IMG/VR virus record: IMGVR_UViG_3300014208_000065
Span: 1-44,996 of that record
From: a virus
Lineage: Duplodnaviria; Caudoviricetes
DNA: 44,996 nucleotides
Direction: 5' to 3' (one strand)
The notes under the pieces are model-generated. The model did no database searches, had not been told where the DNA came from, and was given only the letters and a program-made list of their open reading frames with translations. Below, piece by piece: positions 1 through 9,874 of the stretch (the stretch's first letter is position 1; every line of letters begins with the position of its first letter). Position numbers and translations under genes: made by a program.

Positions 1-123
1 CACGTTCGCTGCTGGTGCGATTAATGCGGCTGCTATCGCTGATGCGGCAATCGATGCTGCTACCTTCGCGGCCGGCGCAATCAATGCGGCAGCCATCGCG
101 ACGGATGCGGTGGATGCGGATGC
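1..123. repeat. Terminal direct repeat, left copy (circular assembly overlap)
   Basis: 1-123 is identical to 44874-44996, and the reading frame continues across the junction. Confidence 0.95.
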
Positions 124-370
124 GCTATCCACGGATGCACTCACCGAGATATTCACGAAGGTGCTGACGACCGCACTCACCGAGAGCTATGCGGCAGACA
201 ACGCAGCTCCCACGCTGGCGCAGGCGATCTTCGCGATCCAGCAGTTCTTACAGGAGCGGGCGGTAAGCGGAACCACGCTGACCGTCAAGAAGCTGGACGG
301 ATCAACCACGGCGATGACGTTTACTCTGTCTGATGCAGATGCACCGGTTAGCTTAACACGGGCCTCATGA
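2..370 (+). CDS. 3' part of junction-spanning virion protein with Ala-rich repeats (starts at 44260; 327 aa in total)
   Basis: In frame with the ORF from ATG 44260; AIDAATFAAGAINAAAIADA repeats. Confidence 0.8.
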   Translation, partial: TFAAGAINAAAIADAAIDAATFAAGAINAAAIATDAVDADALSTDALTEIFTKVLTTALTESYAADNAAPTLAQAIFAIQQFLQERAVSGTTLTVKKLDGSTTAMTFTLSDADAPVSLTRAS

Positions 371-687
371 TGGATACCTGGCTTATTGTATCGCTGGTAG
401 TGCTTCTGGTCGCTGCTCTGGCAGGGACGGGGCTTTACCTGTACCGCAGGCGCAGGCAAGCGGAGCCTGTGCCAGAGTTGGTGGTACTGGAAGCAGAGCC
501 ATTGGGCTACACCGCGGGCGGGGCAAGCTACATGATCACGCTGGGTATCGGCACACCAGCGGAGATCAGCGCGTTCATCCTCTTCGGCCTGGCGGCTAAC
601 CCAGGCGGTGTACCAGCGGCCTCGGGAGCGCGCTCGATGAGCCGGAGCCCGCTAATAACTTTTAGAAATAGACCGGGGGTGTTTTGA
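367..687 (+). CDS. Hypothetical membrane protein
   Basis: N-terminal hydrophobic helix followed by RRRR; ATGA-coupled to neighbours. Confidence 0.6.
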   Translation: MMDTWLIVSLVVLLVAALAGTGLYLYRRRRQAEPVPELVVLEAEPLGYTAGGASYMITLGIGTPAEISAFILFGLAANPGGVPAASGARSMSRSPLITFRNRPGVF

Positions 688-1301
688 TGTTTCCAGTGAT
701 ATTCAGCAGGAACAAGAAGAAGGCAGCGGGTCCGACGACGCTTGTATACGATACGTTCACGGACACGGACGCGACCGCACTTGCCAGTCATACCATCGCA
801 CCGACCAACACGCCCGCGACAAGTTGGACGACAACATCGAATAAATTTGCGATCAATAGTAATAGGGCTGTTGGAACAGCAACTGCCGCTTGTTTCGCAA
901 AAATAGACGCGGGGGTTTCCGATTGTATTATTTACGCAAGATTGGCCGTTAGCGAAAACTCGGATCATTCAATGGGTATAGCCGCAAGATACGCAGACGA
1001 TTCAAACAGCTGGCTGTTCCTGATTAATCCATCTCAGAACCAATTGCAGTTATACGAACTGACTAGCACATCATACACTCTCCGAGCTAGTAAGTCGATG
1101 ACAATTGATCCTGGCACTAATTATGACATGGTTGTTACCTTGAGCGGAAATTCGCTGACTGTGGCTATTGGGAGCGATTCGGCCACATACTCTTCGGTAG
1201 TGAGAAATACAGCTACGAAGTGTGGTATTTATGCACAACGGTCAGATAATATCTCCGCAGCAGATATATTCGATGAATTTAGGGTAACCGAATTAACATG
1301 A
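684..1301 (+). CDS. Beta-sandwich (concanavalin/LamG-like) putative virion decoration or receptor-binding protein
   Basis: Thr/Ser-rich beta-strand pattern; AT-richer than flanks; tail region. Confidence 0.5.
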   Translation: MMFPVIFSRNKKKAAGPTTLVYDTFTDTDATALASHTIAPTNTPATSWTTTSNKFAINSNRAVGTATAACFAKIDAGVSDCIIYARLAVSENSDHSMGIAARYADDSNSWLFLINPSQNQLQLYELTSTSYTLRASKSMTIDPGTNYDMVVTLSGNSLTVAIGSDSATYSSVVRNTATKCGIYAQRSDNISAADIFDEFRVTELT

Positions 1302-2209
1302 CCTTCCCTGACCTGCACACCGCCTATCTGCCTATCGTTGTTAGCGAGCCACTGACGCCCGTTAGCCTGGGGGTGCAGGTGGATGCCCATATTCCCGACC
1401 TGGAACGGTGGATCGTGCCGGGGCGGATGTACCAGATGCCCGCACGCTGGGCCGAGATCGAGCAGGTGCGGGGAGAGTACCAGATTCCGGCGTATCTGTG
1501 GATCGACGCTCCCAAGATTCAACCGAATCCATGGATCTTGGGGACAAAGACCTGCCCGACCTGGGCGCAGGAATGGCCGGGGGTGCTGGGAAGCCCGCCG
1601 AGGTATGAGAACTGGCCGGATTATGCCGCGTTCCTGAACCACATGATCGATGAGCTGCACCCGTGGGGCGTGGAGATCTGGAACGAGCCGGATACAAGTC
1701 CTTCGGGGGCGGTGATGGAATACTTCGGAGCGTGGATAGACGACGGGGGCGATCCGGTGCAGGCTGGAATGGATTACGCGGAGTTCTGCAACGAGATCTA
1801 CCGGAAGGTAAAGCAGGTCCACCCGGAGACGAAGGTGATTGTCGGGGCGCTGATGGGCAATGAAGGTTTCCTGCAAGGGATGGGAGCGGGAAGGATAACG
1901 GGCGATCTGCTGAGTGTCCACCATTATTTGCGCCCGACGGACAGCTTCGAAGACACGTTTACAGCGGCAGAGCACGCCCGGAATGTGTGCCGGATGCCGG
2001 TCATCATATCTGAGACCAGCATCGTAGCGCTGGACGACAGCCCGGATCACGAAGAGCGCCAGGCTGAATACCTGCGCTATCTGCGTGAGGTGCAGCATTG
2101 GACCGGGATATCGCTGGTGATGTGGTACAGCCTGTTTAACTGGTGGAACTACACCGCGCTGATCCGGGATGGTGAAGCGACGGAGGTTTACGCGGAGTTC
2201 GCAAGATGA
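1298..2209 (+). CDS. Clan GH-A glycoside hydrolase (GH5/GH39-like TIM barrel)
   Basis: VEIWNEPD acid/base motif, SVHHY, PVIISETS nucleophile motif. Confidence 0.75.
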   Translation: MTFPDLHTAYLPIVVSEPLTPVSLGVQVDAHIPDLERWIVPGRMYQMPARWAEIEQVRGEYQIPAYLWIDAPKIQPNPWILGTKTCPTWAQEWPGVLGSPPRYENWPDYAAFLNHMIDELHPWGVEIWNEPDTSPSGAVMEYFGAWIDDGGDPVQAGMDYAEFCNEIYRKVKQVHPETKVIVGALMGNEGFLQGMGAGRITGDLLSVHHYLRPTDSFEDTFTAAEHARNVCRMPVIISETSIVALDDSPDHEERQAEYLRYLREVQHWTGISLVMWYSLFNWWNYTALIRDGEATEVYAEFAR

Positions 2210-2264
2210 ACTGGTCAATAGTTTTATCCTTATGTTTAGGTCACATCTGCGATAGAGGCGTGTG

Positions 2265-2405
2265 ATGCCAGTCAAGTCTGAGAAGCAAAAAAGGTGGCTA
2301 CATGCCAACGAGCAGGACATCGCGGAGCGTTGGGAGAACGAAAGCAAGCCGCGCCGGGAACGAACGCGGTCCAAGAAGTCCAGGAAGCGCAAGAACAAGA
2401 GGTAA
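2265..2405 (+). CDS. Small basic phage protein (MPVKSEKQKRWLHANE..., 46 aa; not in ORF track)
   Basis: Read by hand; GAGG upstream; resembles common phage MPxKSxKQ..W..AN small proteins. Confidence 0.6.
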   Translation: MPVKSEKQKRWLHANEQDIAERWENESKPRRERTRSKKSRKRKNKR

Positions 2406-2407
2406 CG

Positions 2408-2581
2408 ATGACCGACAAGGAAGGACCGATCCAGAAAAGAAAGCCGTCACGCAACCCCGTCTCGAAGCGGGGGAAGAACTCAGATAAGCGGCGCATCTCA
2501 CGTAAGGCGCTGCGTCTGCCCAGCGACACGGGCGAGATGCCGGGAGGCCTGCCGAATAAGAAGGGTGGCCGGAAGCGGTGA
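2408..2581 (+). CDS. Small Lys/Arg-rich hypothetical protein
   Basis: GAGG RBS before ATG 2408; very basic. Confidence 0.5.
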   Translation: MTDKEGPIQKRKPSRNPVSKRGKNSDKRRISRKALRLPSDTGEMPGGLPNKKGGRKR

Positions 2582-2770
2582 CGTTCTTCAGTGCAAGCAG
2601 GTATTGGGACATCGGCCCGCTGTGTCTGAACGTCTATTCGCTGGCGGGAACGTGGATCAGCGCTGGGATTCATTTGTCAATATGGCCGCTGTATGCCGAT
2701 TTTCATATCGGCTGGTGGGTTATCAGCTTGATGAGCCGGAAGCGGGGCGAATGGCTGAGGGAGGTAGAAC

Positions 2771-3676
2771 ATGACAACGCTGGCAACTGCAACGCTTGAG
2801 ATTGCGAAGCTATTAGCGAACGTGGTAGAGGGCGCATCGAGCAACGATGGGCTGGCGGATAAGACAACGCTGATCGATACCGCTTTCGGGTACACGCTGG
2901 ACGGGGTGAACAAGCCGCCGGACAGCTTCTACAACGGGGGAACGATCTGGTTCAGAAGCGTGACCGGACTGACCGGGACGACCGCGCTGATTACGGGCTA
3001 TGTTCGCACGACCGGGGTATTCACCTTCCCGGCAGCTGGTGCGCGGGCAACCGCGGGCACTCTTTACAGCGTGGCTGACCGCCAATATCCCCGCTACATT
3101 CTGAGGCAGGCTGCGAACGCGGCAATCCAGGAGATCGGCGGGGAGGACTTGCAGTATTCGGACGCGACTTATGTCACCGTCGCTGACCAGGAAGAATACG
3201 ACCTGCCAACCGGCAAGTACGGGGTCAAGAGGGTGGAGATTGCAACCTCCACCAGCGACCCGTACGGATACAGGGAAGTGGGCGAGGGGCACTGGCGCGA
3301 GATGAACGACGACATCATCTTCACGCCTGGGCATATCCCGAGCGCGGCGGGCTACCGCATCCGGCTGACCTACAACGTTGCGCTGAGTGAAGTGACGACC
3401 GACACCGGGACGTTCCCGGACCTGTATGACATCAACTGGATCAAGTGGGCTGGGGCGGCTTACTGCCTGGGCTGGCGCATCGGGCAGATGCGGGGCAGCG
3501 ACCCGGACGAGATTGCCAGGCTGGGCGAGGCGCTGAACCGGGCTGAGGCAGCGGCGAGACGGTTCAGACCGAAGCTGGGCAACATGCCGCATGACCCGCA
3601 GAGCAGCGTGTGGGCTGTACCGGACACACGAAACAGCACGCGTGACGTCGGAGAGCCAGGGAAGGTGAGGTTATGA
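2771..3676 (+). CDS. Putative head-tail adaptor / tail tubular protein
   Basis: Strong GGAGG RBS; TVADQEEYDLP motif typical of adaptors; precedes large tail gene. Confidence 0.55.
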   Translation: MTTLATATLEIAKLLANVVEGASSNDGLADKTTLIDTAFGYTLDGVNKPPDSFYNGGTIWFRSVTGLTGTTALITGYVRTTGVFTFPAAGARATAGTLYSVADRQYPRYILRQAANAAIQEIGGEDLQYSDATYVTVADQEEYDLPTGKYGVKRVEIATSTSDPYGYREVGEGHWREMNDDIIFTPGHIPSAAGYRIRLTYNVALSEVTTDTGTFPDLYDINWIKWAGAAYCLGWRIGQMRGSDPDEIARLGEALNRAEAAARRFRPKLGNMPHDPQSSVWAVPDTRNSTRDVGEPGKVRL

Positions 3677-6351
3677 CGGCGCTGGTGGACCCGGAACACG
3701 CGATCAACAGCGAGTTCGACCTTAACCTGACGCAGAGCGGAACCACGGTATCGCTGGTGCTGTGCGACGGGAGAGGAAAGCGGAACACGCTGGCGTTCAC
3801 CCGTGACCCGATCCGGCGCAACAGCATGAAGCTGTACCAGGGGCAGCAGAAGTATTCGGACATGGAGCCGCCGTGGACGCCGATTGCCCAAACGGATTGG
3901 AGCGGCGGGCGGGGGAGCAAGGACTTCGAGAAAGACACCACCATGTACTACGACAGCATCCGGGTGAACACCGTCAGGCCGGGCGAGATCATCCTGGGAC
4001 CGAAGGCGACCGGCACGTTTAATACCACGATCAGCAATGCAAGCGTCGGGACCATTGGGGGCCTCAGTCAGGTATCAGCTGCGACGGTGTATTATGCCTT
4101 CAAGTACACGCCCGCTTCGACCCTGACTACAGCGACGGTCGATATGCCGGTAAAAGTAGACGAAGGGCAGCTGTACCTGGGGATCGGACACATGACCGGG
4201 ACGCCCGACCCGGACGAAGCAACGATTGACTGGTCCACCAACTACGCAACACCATCGGACACGGGCGGCATGATGACCTTCACGTTCAACGTGGCGCATG
4301 CGCTGACCTCCGGGGTTGACCACTGCATTGTCTTGAAGTGGATCACAACGGTTGAAATGGTGGACCTGGAATATCTGAGAAGTGCGACCAATAACTCGTA
4401 TTGGCAAAGCACAAACGGGACGACCTGGAGCACTGTCACAGCCACGCCGCCGCCTGCATTTACGGCCTATCCGACGGCGATTGACACCAAGCCAAAGTTA
4501 TTTGAATACAAGGGTGCATTGTACGCCGTATCGATCAACGATGACGCATCGACCAGCAAGCTGTATTTGAACGGGGATCAGGGCGTGGTCAAGACCGGCG
4601 GTTCGGTCACCTCAGTGATTGCCGATAGCGGGGTGAAGACCTGGGCGGAGGATGAAGCCATCGGCTGCGTTATGAAGATCGTGGCTGGGTCTGCAGCCGC
4701 ACAACCACAACCCTGGCGTCCGATCACGGACAACCTAGTGACAGACGTTAATGGCGAGACGACCTTCACGGTAGCACCCGCGTTCGACGTTGCACCGGCG
4801 GCGGGGGACATCTTCGCGATTGTTGCAAGTGACGACTGGACCGAGGTGGTCGGGTTCGATACGAACTACAAGACTGCTTCTTCAGGGATCACCCCGCGGG
4901 TGACGGACGTGCTGGCGGTGAACGGTGCGGTCTATTTCGCGATGGGTGACGGACAGGTGCTGACCAGAATGTACGCCTATTCTAATGCCGGGGCGTGGAC
5001 CTATGACTACTCCACGTTCGGAACATACACCGGCAGCGTAGCCGAGACCGGGAAGTTTACGCATCTGGCGTATGGCAGCGACCAGACCGGGACGTATATA
5101 TTCGGGGCGAAGGGCGGCTACCCAAGTACCGTGGCGAAGGCTCCGGCGGTCGATTACACCGCGGCCAGTCCAACACCCGCGGCGCTGGTGTTCGCTACCG
5201 CCGAGAACGTGGGGGATTTGTGGGAACAGATTACTGGGATCGAGGTCTACGGGGAATACGGCAACCTGTTTGCCTTCAAAGAGGGGTCGATCTGGTTCCG
5301 CATGGATGGCAACTGGTACAAGACCGACATCCGCGAGATGGAGAACACCCGCGACAACCGGAACGGGCGGGCCCATATGGTCCACGGGATGTACCTGTAC
5401 TTCTCCTGGCATAACACCGTCGAGCGCTATTATTCAAACCTGGTGGACGGGGTTGGACCGGAGCAGGCGGAGGTTGGGACACCGGACGCTACCAAGGCCG
5501 GGCACTTCTCCAGTCTGGTCGGGTATCCGGGGCTGGTGATCGGAGCTGTGGATGCGGGAACGAGCGGCTATTCAACCATCCTGGCTTACAACGGGGTGGG
5601 GTGGTGCGAGTGGTACGCGGGGGCGCAGGGCGCACGCATCCAAAGCCTGTACGTTCAGAGCATACCGGGGAATAAGGTGGACCGGCTCTGGGCCGGGGTG
5701 GGTTCGGATATTGTCTGGCTGCCACTGTCAGTTGATCCATTCAACCACCCGGACAGCAGCTACTACTTCACGGACAGCGGCTATTTGATCACCTCCTGGT
5801 ACTACCTGGGGCTTCAGGACATCGACAAGCTGTACAACTCGCTCAAGATGGTGGTCGAGAACACCAGCTCCACCTCTGGTGCAGAAGAGCGGGTGGCGCT
5901 GGCTTATCAGAAGGACGGGGACACAACCTGGACGGATGTGACTGGCTACTATGATTCGTTCTCCGAAGAGCTGGACCTGGCTTCCACACCATCCGTTACC
6001 GGCAAGCGCATCCGCTTCAAGTTCACGCTGTCCAGCCACGACGGAGCGAACACCCCGCGCATCGTCGCAACCATCCTGGAAGCGATCACCCGGCTGCCGA
6101 ACAAGTACATCACGACCGTGACCGCCAGGCTTGACCCGGACGACCCGGACGATTACACCAGCGCACTGACGAAGTTCAACGCATTGACCACGATGCAAGA
6201 CGCGGTGCTGCCTGTGACGGTCGAGAGCCTGGTGGATATGCTGGACGGCAAGACCGCGTTTATTGACGGGCTGACACCGCGCGGCTACAAGGCGATCAAC
6301 AAGAACGGGCGCACGTCCTACGTGATCCAGTTCAGCTTGATCGAGATCTAA
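3673..6351 (+). CDS. Putative podovirus tail nozzle / DNA-stabilisation protein (beta-propeller-like)
   Basis: 892 aa, beta-rich; DWSGG near N-terminus; C-terminal GKRIRFKF; follows adaptor. Confidence 0.55.
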   Translation: MTALVDPEHAINSEFDLNLTQSGTTVSLVLCDGRGKRNTLAFTRDPIRRNSMKLYQGQQKYSDMEPPWTPIAQTDWSGGRGSKDFEKDTTMYYDSIRVNTVRPGEIILGPKATGTFNTTISNASVGTIGGLSQVSAATVYYAFKYTPASTLTTATVDMPVKVDEGQLYLGIGHMTGTPDPDEATIDWSTNYATPSDTGGMMTFTFNVAHALTSGVDHCIVLKWITTVEMVDLEYLRSATNNSYWQSTNGTTWSTVTATPPPAFTAYPTAIDTKPKLFEYKGALYAVSINDDASTSKLYLNGDQGVVKTGGSVTSVIADSGVKTWAEDEAIGCVMKIVAGSAAAQPQPWRPITDNLVTDVNGETTFTVAPAFDVAPAAGDIFAIVASDDWTEVVGFDTNYKTASSGITPRVTDVLAVNGAVYFAMGDGQVLTRMYAYSNAGAWTYDYSTFGTYTGSVAETGKFTHLAYGSDQTGTYIFGAKGGYPSTVAKAPAVDYTAASPTPAALVFATAENVGDLWEQITGIEVYGEYGNLFAFKEGSIWFRMDGNWYKTDIREMENTRDNRNGRAHMVHGMYLYFSWHNTVERYYSNLVDGVGPEQAEVGTPDATKAGHFSSLVGYPGLVIGAVDAGTSGYSTILAYNGVGWCEWYAGAQGARIQSLYVQSIPGNKVDRLWAGVGSDIVWLPLSVDPFNHPDSSYYFTDSGYLITSWYYLGLQDIDKLYNSLKMVVENTSSTSGAEERVALAYQKDGDTTWTDVTGYYDSFSEELDLASTPSVTGKRIRFKFTLSSHDGANTPRIVATILEAITRLPNKYITTVTARLDPDDPDDYTSALTKFNALTTMQDAVLPVTVESLVDMLDGKTAFIDGLTPRGYKAINKNGRTSYVIQFSLIEI

Positions 6352-6725
6352 TGGCAGAAGAAACCGAGCGCTTTAGAGTTCAGGGCAAGCTGGCAACCGC
6401 ACCGGAGTATAAAATCTCCGAAGCATTGACGACGCTCGACGTGCCGTTCACGTTCCAGTATTCGCTGTGGGGTGGGAACGTTGTCAGGGGCGGGGTGCTG
6501 ATAGACTGGGTGATCTACAATCCAATGGCAAGACCGATGGAGCATTACGAAAGCCATTGGCACAGCGGGGCGCTGGGCGCGGATGACAAGCTGCGGCTGG
6601 CGAAGATTGCCCATTACTTCGGCGTGCCTGAGGTGATCCTGATTTTCGGGGACGAGGTGGACGGCGAGACGCCGCAGGAAGACGTGGTAGAGATTGTGCG
6701 ACGGAGGATAGGCACGGCGCTATGA
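6351..6725 (+). CDS. PD-(D/E)XK (DUF559/Vsr-like) nuclease-fold protein
   Basis: TAPEYKI...FQY...IDW...E...HWH...D pattern. Confidence 0.5.
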   Translation: MAEETERFRVQGKLATAPEYKISEALTTLDVPFTFQYSLWGGNVVRGGVLIDWVIYNPMARPMEHYESHWHSGALGADDKLRLAKIAHYFGVPEVILIFGDEVDGETPQEDVVEIVRRRIGTAL

Positions 6726-7261
6726 GAGAAGCTATACCAACCAGGAACATCACAGCGGCACAGACGACCCGCAGCACGCGCAACCGGACGCTTCGAGACA
6801 AGGAGACGCCGGACCGCACCATCGCATCAAGCTACTGCACGAACGCGGCGCAGACCATCTCTAATAACACAACCAGCATTATCAACTATGAAGACAAGCT
6901 GTATGACGACTATGGCTGTGTGACAGTGGGGGCAGCGTGGAAGTGGACCTCGATAGGGGTGGGGGTGGTATCGATGCTGGCGGCGATTCTCTATGACGCA
7001 TCTACCGCCTGGGCGCTGCAAGAGGAAGCGTCGCTGATGCTGTATAAAAACGGGGTGATGGTGGCACTGTTGGACCGCAAGGATAACTTTACCACAGGGT
7101 CGTATGCTCAATATATCTTCTTGCACGGGTCATTCGAGGTTGACGTGGTGAAGGGGGATTATCTGGATGTCCGCACGATCCAGAAGTCATCCGCGGATCT
7201 GCCGCTGAACAACAATGCGCTGGCGAACTACGTCTGCTTCCGGCTTAACCGGCACGGGTGA
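6722..7261 (+). CDS. C1q/TNF-like beta-sandwich tail fibre or spike protein
   Basis: LYKNG and GDYLDVR motifs; last gene of the late arm. Confidence 0.55.
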   Translation: MREAIPTRNITAAQTTRSTRNRTLRDKETPDRTIASSYCTNAAQTISNNTTSIINYEDKLYDDYGCVTVGAAWKWTSIGVGVVSMLAAILYDASTAWALQEEASLMLYKNGVMVALLDRKDNFTTGSYAQYIFLHGSFEVDVVKGDYLDVRTIQKSSADLPLNNNALANYVCFRLNRHG

Positions 7262-7382
7262 TGATCAGTATTAGTTTGATTATCAACATGACGATGGTAA
7301 TAGTAAGGTTGAAGAAGATGATCTTCCAGGCAGTATCCATACCTGCATCGCTGCACATCCAGTCGCCTATTCTCTTGAACAT
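7245..7382 (-). CDS. Small membrane protein (45 aa; not in ORF track)
   Basis: MFKRIGDW...IIFFNLTITIVMLIIKLILII; AGGA RBS. Confidence 0.4.
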   Translation of the reverse strand: MFKRIGDWMCSDAGMDTAWKIIFFNLTITIVMLIIKLILIITRAG

Positions 7383-7394
7383 TGCTAATCCTTT

Positions 7395-8261
7395 CTAGCT
7401 TACATCTGCGACTATCTCGCTGGTGATGAACCCAGACTTGTTATCCTCATAGGTCAGGTGGAGCCAGCAGCAGCCGAGCGGCTTGGGTGGCGCCCAGCGC
7501 TCGACCTGATAACCGCCAGTCCCATCCGCATATTCGTTTTTATAGCCCGGTGTTCGCACAAACCAGATCAGATCACGCTTGACTATGCCTCTTTCGGTCA
7601 GGCGTTCGCGCGCAATGGGAAGGACGAACGCGTCGTGAGTGTGGCCATTGACCACGATGTCCGCGTCGGGCAGATAGACCGACTGGCGGTTGGTTTGGAT
7701 CACGCCGCGGGTGACCGGACCACCACCACCCGCACCGTGAAAGTATTTCAGGTTCAGGCATGACTGTTTGGTCTTGTGGATCTGGAAGCGGAACTTGATC
7801 CAGCCGCCGTAACCGCCGACCGCGACGCCGCCGCCAGACCGGTTCATGCCGTGGGCTAACGCGGTCGTCAGGTCATGGTTGGTGTACTTAAGCACCGCTG
7901 TTTCGTGGTTGCCCTTCCCGAGCAGGAGCCAGTTCGGGGCGAACGGGGCGTAGTCCTCGACCGCATGGTCCACGATCTTGTCGTAATAGTCGATCTTCGC
8001 ATCTTCCGGGCGCACCTCGTCCATGTTCCGACGCGGGTCGAAGTGACCCTGCATCGCATCGAGGGTATCCCCGAAGTCGAGGATCAAAGCGCCGCGTTCC
8101 TTCGCTTTATCCAGGTGCTTGCGTTCCAGCTCCCGGTCGCATAATGGGCTGTCGTGGTGACGATCGCTTGACAGCATGATCCACTGTTCCCAACCGGCTG
8201 ATATTCCTGTGAACCTGATTGTCAGCACGGCGGCGCTTGTCTGTTCAGTTGTGTGTGTCAT
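7395..8261 (-). CDS. Calcineurin-like metallophosphoesterase
   Basis: SDRH, GD, GNHE, HG and GHTH motifs in canonical order. Confidence 0.85.
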   Translation of the reverse strand: MTHTTEQTSAAVLTIRFTGISAGWEQWIMLSSDRHHDSPLCDRELERKHLDKAKERGALILDFGDTLDAMQGHFDPRRNMDEVRPEDAKIDYYDKIVDHAVEDYAPFAPNWLLLGKGNHETAVLKYTNHDLTTALAHGMNRSGGGVAVGGYGGWIKFRFQIHKTKQSCLNLKYFHGAGGGGPVTRGVIQTNRQSVYLPDADIVVNGHTHDAFVLPIARERLTERGIVKRDLIWFVRTPGYKNEYADGTGGYQVERWAPPKPLGCCWLHLTYEDNKSGFITSEIVADVS

Positions 8262-8402
8262 GGGGGTGTCAGAACGTACTGAATGTCTCTATCCAACGTG
8301 GGACGTAGATCACCGCCCCCGGCTGGCACGCCCTGGAGCGGAGGAGGCGCCCCAGGACGGCCAGCATCAGGAGGAGGAGAAGAGAGAGGATGGCTCGTCT
8401 CA

Positions 8403-8606
8403 TTACCATCCCTTCCAGTTGACTTCGCTTTCGATGCCGGTTGGTTCTTTTGCACGACCAAAGCGCAGCAGGTCCCGCACATATCGCCGCCGTGCTTTAC
8501 TCAAGCGCCGCTTGTACCAACGCCCAATGTGTGGAACGTTGCCCCAGGTCTCAGAGAACGTGACCCAGGCCGGCTTGTATTCGTCAAAGTAGCGGCGGCC
8601 CATCAT
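8403..8606 (-). CDS. Small basic hypothetical protein
   Basis: Colinear with the - strand operon; basic, Trp-rich. Confidence 0.5.
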   Translation of the reverse strand: MMGRRYFDEYKPAWVTFSETWGNVPHIGRWYKRRLSKARRRYVRDLLRFGRAKEPTGIESEVNWKGW

Positions 8607-8621
8607 CTCACCACCTTCGCT

Positions 8622-8987
8622 CTAATGCCCAAGGCAATACTCCAGCATCGCTTCGGAAGCCGGGAACCGTCTGCACTCGTCCACGTCGCGGACGGGTGCG
8701 TACTGTGGATACGCTGTAGCGGTCTGTGTTGGACGTTCCGTCGTTGTAGGGGAAATAGTGACAGTATGGCTCGGTACGGGGCTTGTAGGGCGTTCTGTTG
8801 CCGTTACATGCCATTCTGGCGTAGTTGTCGCGATGGAAGTAGGAGACCGCGTAGGCGTTCGGGTGAATGTGGCGGTAGGCGTGACGGGCGGGGGTGGCTG
8901 AGGCCAGCGAACGAACAGGAACGCCAGCACGATCAGCACCAGGAAGATCAGGAACGATATGAACAGCGCTTCTTGTTTGTTATTCAT
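8622..8987 (-). CDS. Membrane-anchored Pro/Thr-rich protein
   Basis: N-terminal TM helix, then PTATFTRTPT-type linker. Confidence 0.65.
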   Translation of the reverse strand: MNNKQEALFISFLIFLVLIVLAFLFVRWPQPPPPVTPTATFTRTPTRSPTSIATTTPEWHVTATERPTSPVPSHTVTISPTTTERPTQTATAYPQYAPVRDVDECRRFPASEAMLEYCLGH

Positions 8988-9331
8988 TCTGACTCCAGTA
9001 CAGCAAGCACAGCGACACGGCAGATAGCAAGGGGAGCGGCGTCCGCGATTGCTTCACAAACTCGATACTCGTCCTGCGTTTCCCCATAATAGTAAAACGT
9101 AGCGACCCAATATCCGGGGCTTAGCCCGTCATCGTCATCCCAAAAAACATGAGGACACCAATGAGGATCTAGCTCTCGCATCTTCTCTACCACCCCCCAC
9201 GCGTCAGCGATGTCCTTCGAGAAGTCAGAGCTGTCATATTTATTTCCAATCACGAACTCTGCTATCCAGTCGTCCATCTGAAAGCCCGCGGGCTCTGCTA
9301 GTACCTGTTCGATAGTCGGTCGGTCGCTCAT
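8984..9331 (-). CDS. Phage ABA-sandwich (BC1872-like) protein, copy 1
   Basis: FSKDIADAWGVVEKM...APLAICR motif. Confidence 0.7.
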   Translation of the reverse strand: MSDRPTIEQVLAEPAGFQMDDWIAEFVIGNKYDSSDFSKDIADAWGVVEKMRELDPHWCPHVFWDDDDGLSPGYWVATFYYYGETQDEYRVCEAIADAAPLAICRVAVLAVLESE

Positions 9332-9354
9332 CTTTCTACTCTCTTTCTATAGTC

Positions 9355-9480
9355 TCACAGCAGCGGAAGCAGCCATACGCCAAGAACAAGGCACGCCAAT
9401 CCAGCGGCGAGCAATGATCTGTGCCAGGCTGCATCGATCACACAGATCACGAACGAAGCAACAACAAGTACGGTTTCCAT
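9355..9480 (-). CDS. Small two-TM membrane protein (41 aa; not in ORF track)
   Basis: METVLVVASFVICVIDAAWHRSLLAAGLACLVLGVWLLPLL; AAGGAG RBS. Confidence 0.55.
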   Translation of the reverse strand: METVLVVASFVICVIDAAWHRSLLAAGLACLVLGVWLLPLL

Positions 9481-9509
9481 AACTTCGACTCCTTTCTATT
9501 CGGTTGTTC

Positions 9510-9869
9510 TTACGGAACGGCTACAACAAACTGCTGCGTTAGCAGCGCCCACAAGAATCCAATCACGAGAACGCCCAAAGCGGAGCCGATGAACGCCAGG
9601 ATCTTGCCCTGGAGTGCAAGTGGCTTGATCAACGCTTCCAGGGCTTCAAGTCGTTTCTCGTGATTGGCTAAGTCGTACCTGTTTCGTTCTGTGGTGGATG
9701 CCAGTTCCGTATGGGCTCGGGTGTATTGAACAACAAAATCTTGATAGACCTTTGTCAGTTCCATGACCGATACTTTCAGTTCTGATATGTCGCAGCGCAC
9801 GGTCTCAATCCTTTCCAGGATCACGGCGGTCTGCGATTGCGTTTGTGAAGGCGACGGTGATGGCGGCAT
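9510..9869 (-). CDS. Coiled-coil protein with C-terminal TM helix (lysis-associated)
   Basis: HEKRLEALE coiled coil plus hydrophobic C-terminus; follows holin. Confidence 0.6.
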   Translation of the reverse strand: MPPSPSPSQTQSQTAVILERIETVRCDISELKVSVMELTKVYQDFVVQYTRAHTELASTTERNRYDLANHEKRLEALEALIKPLALQGKILAFIGSALGVLVIGFLWALLTQQFVVAVP

Positions 9870-9874
9870 GGCGG

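Noticed and set aside
1229-2398. Long antisense ORFs (also 29045-30214, 33284-34426 and others)
   Set aside because: Shadow frames of high-GC genes with recognisable products on the opposite strand
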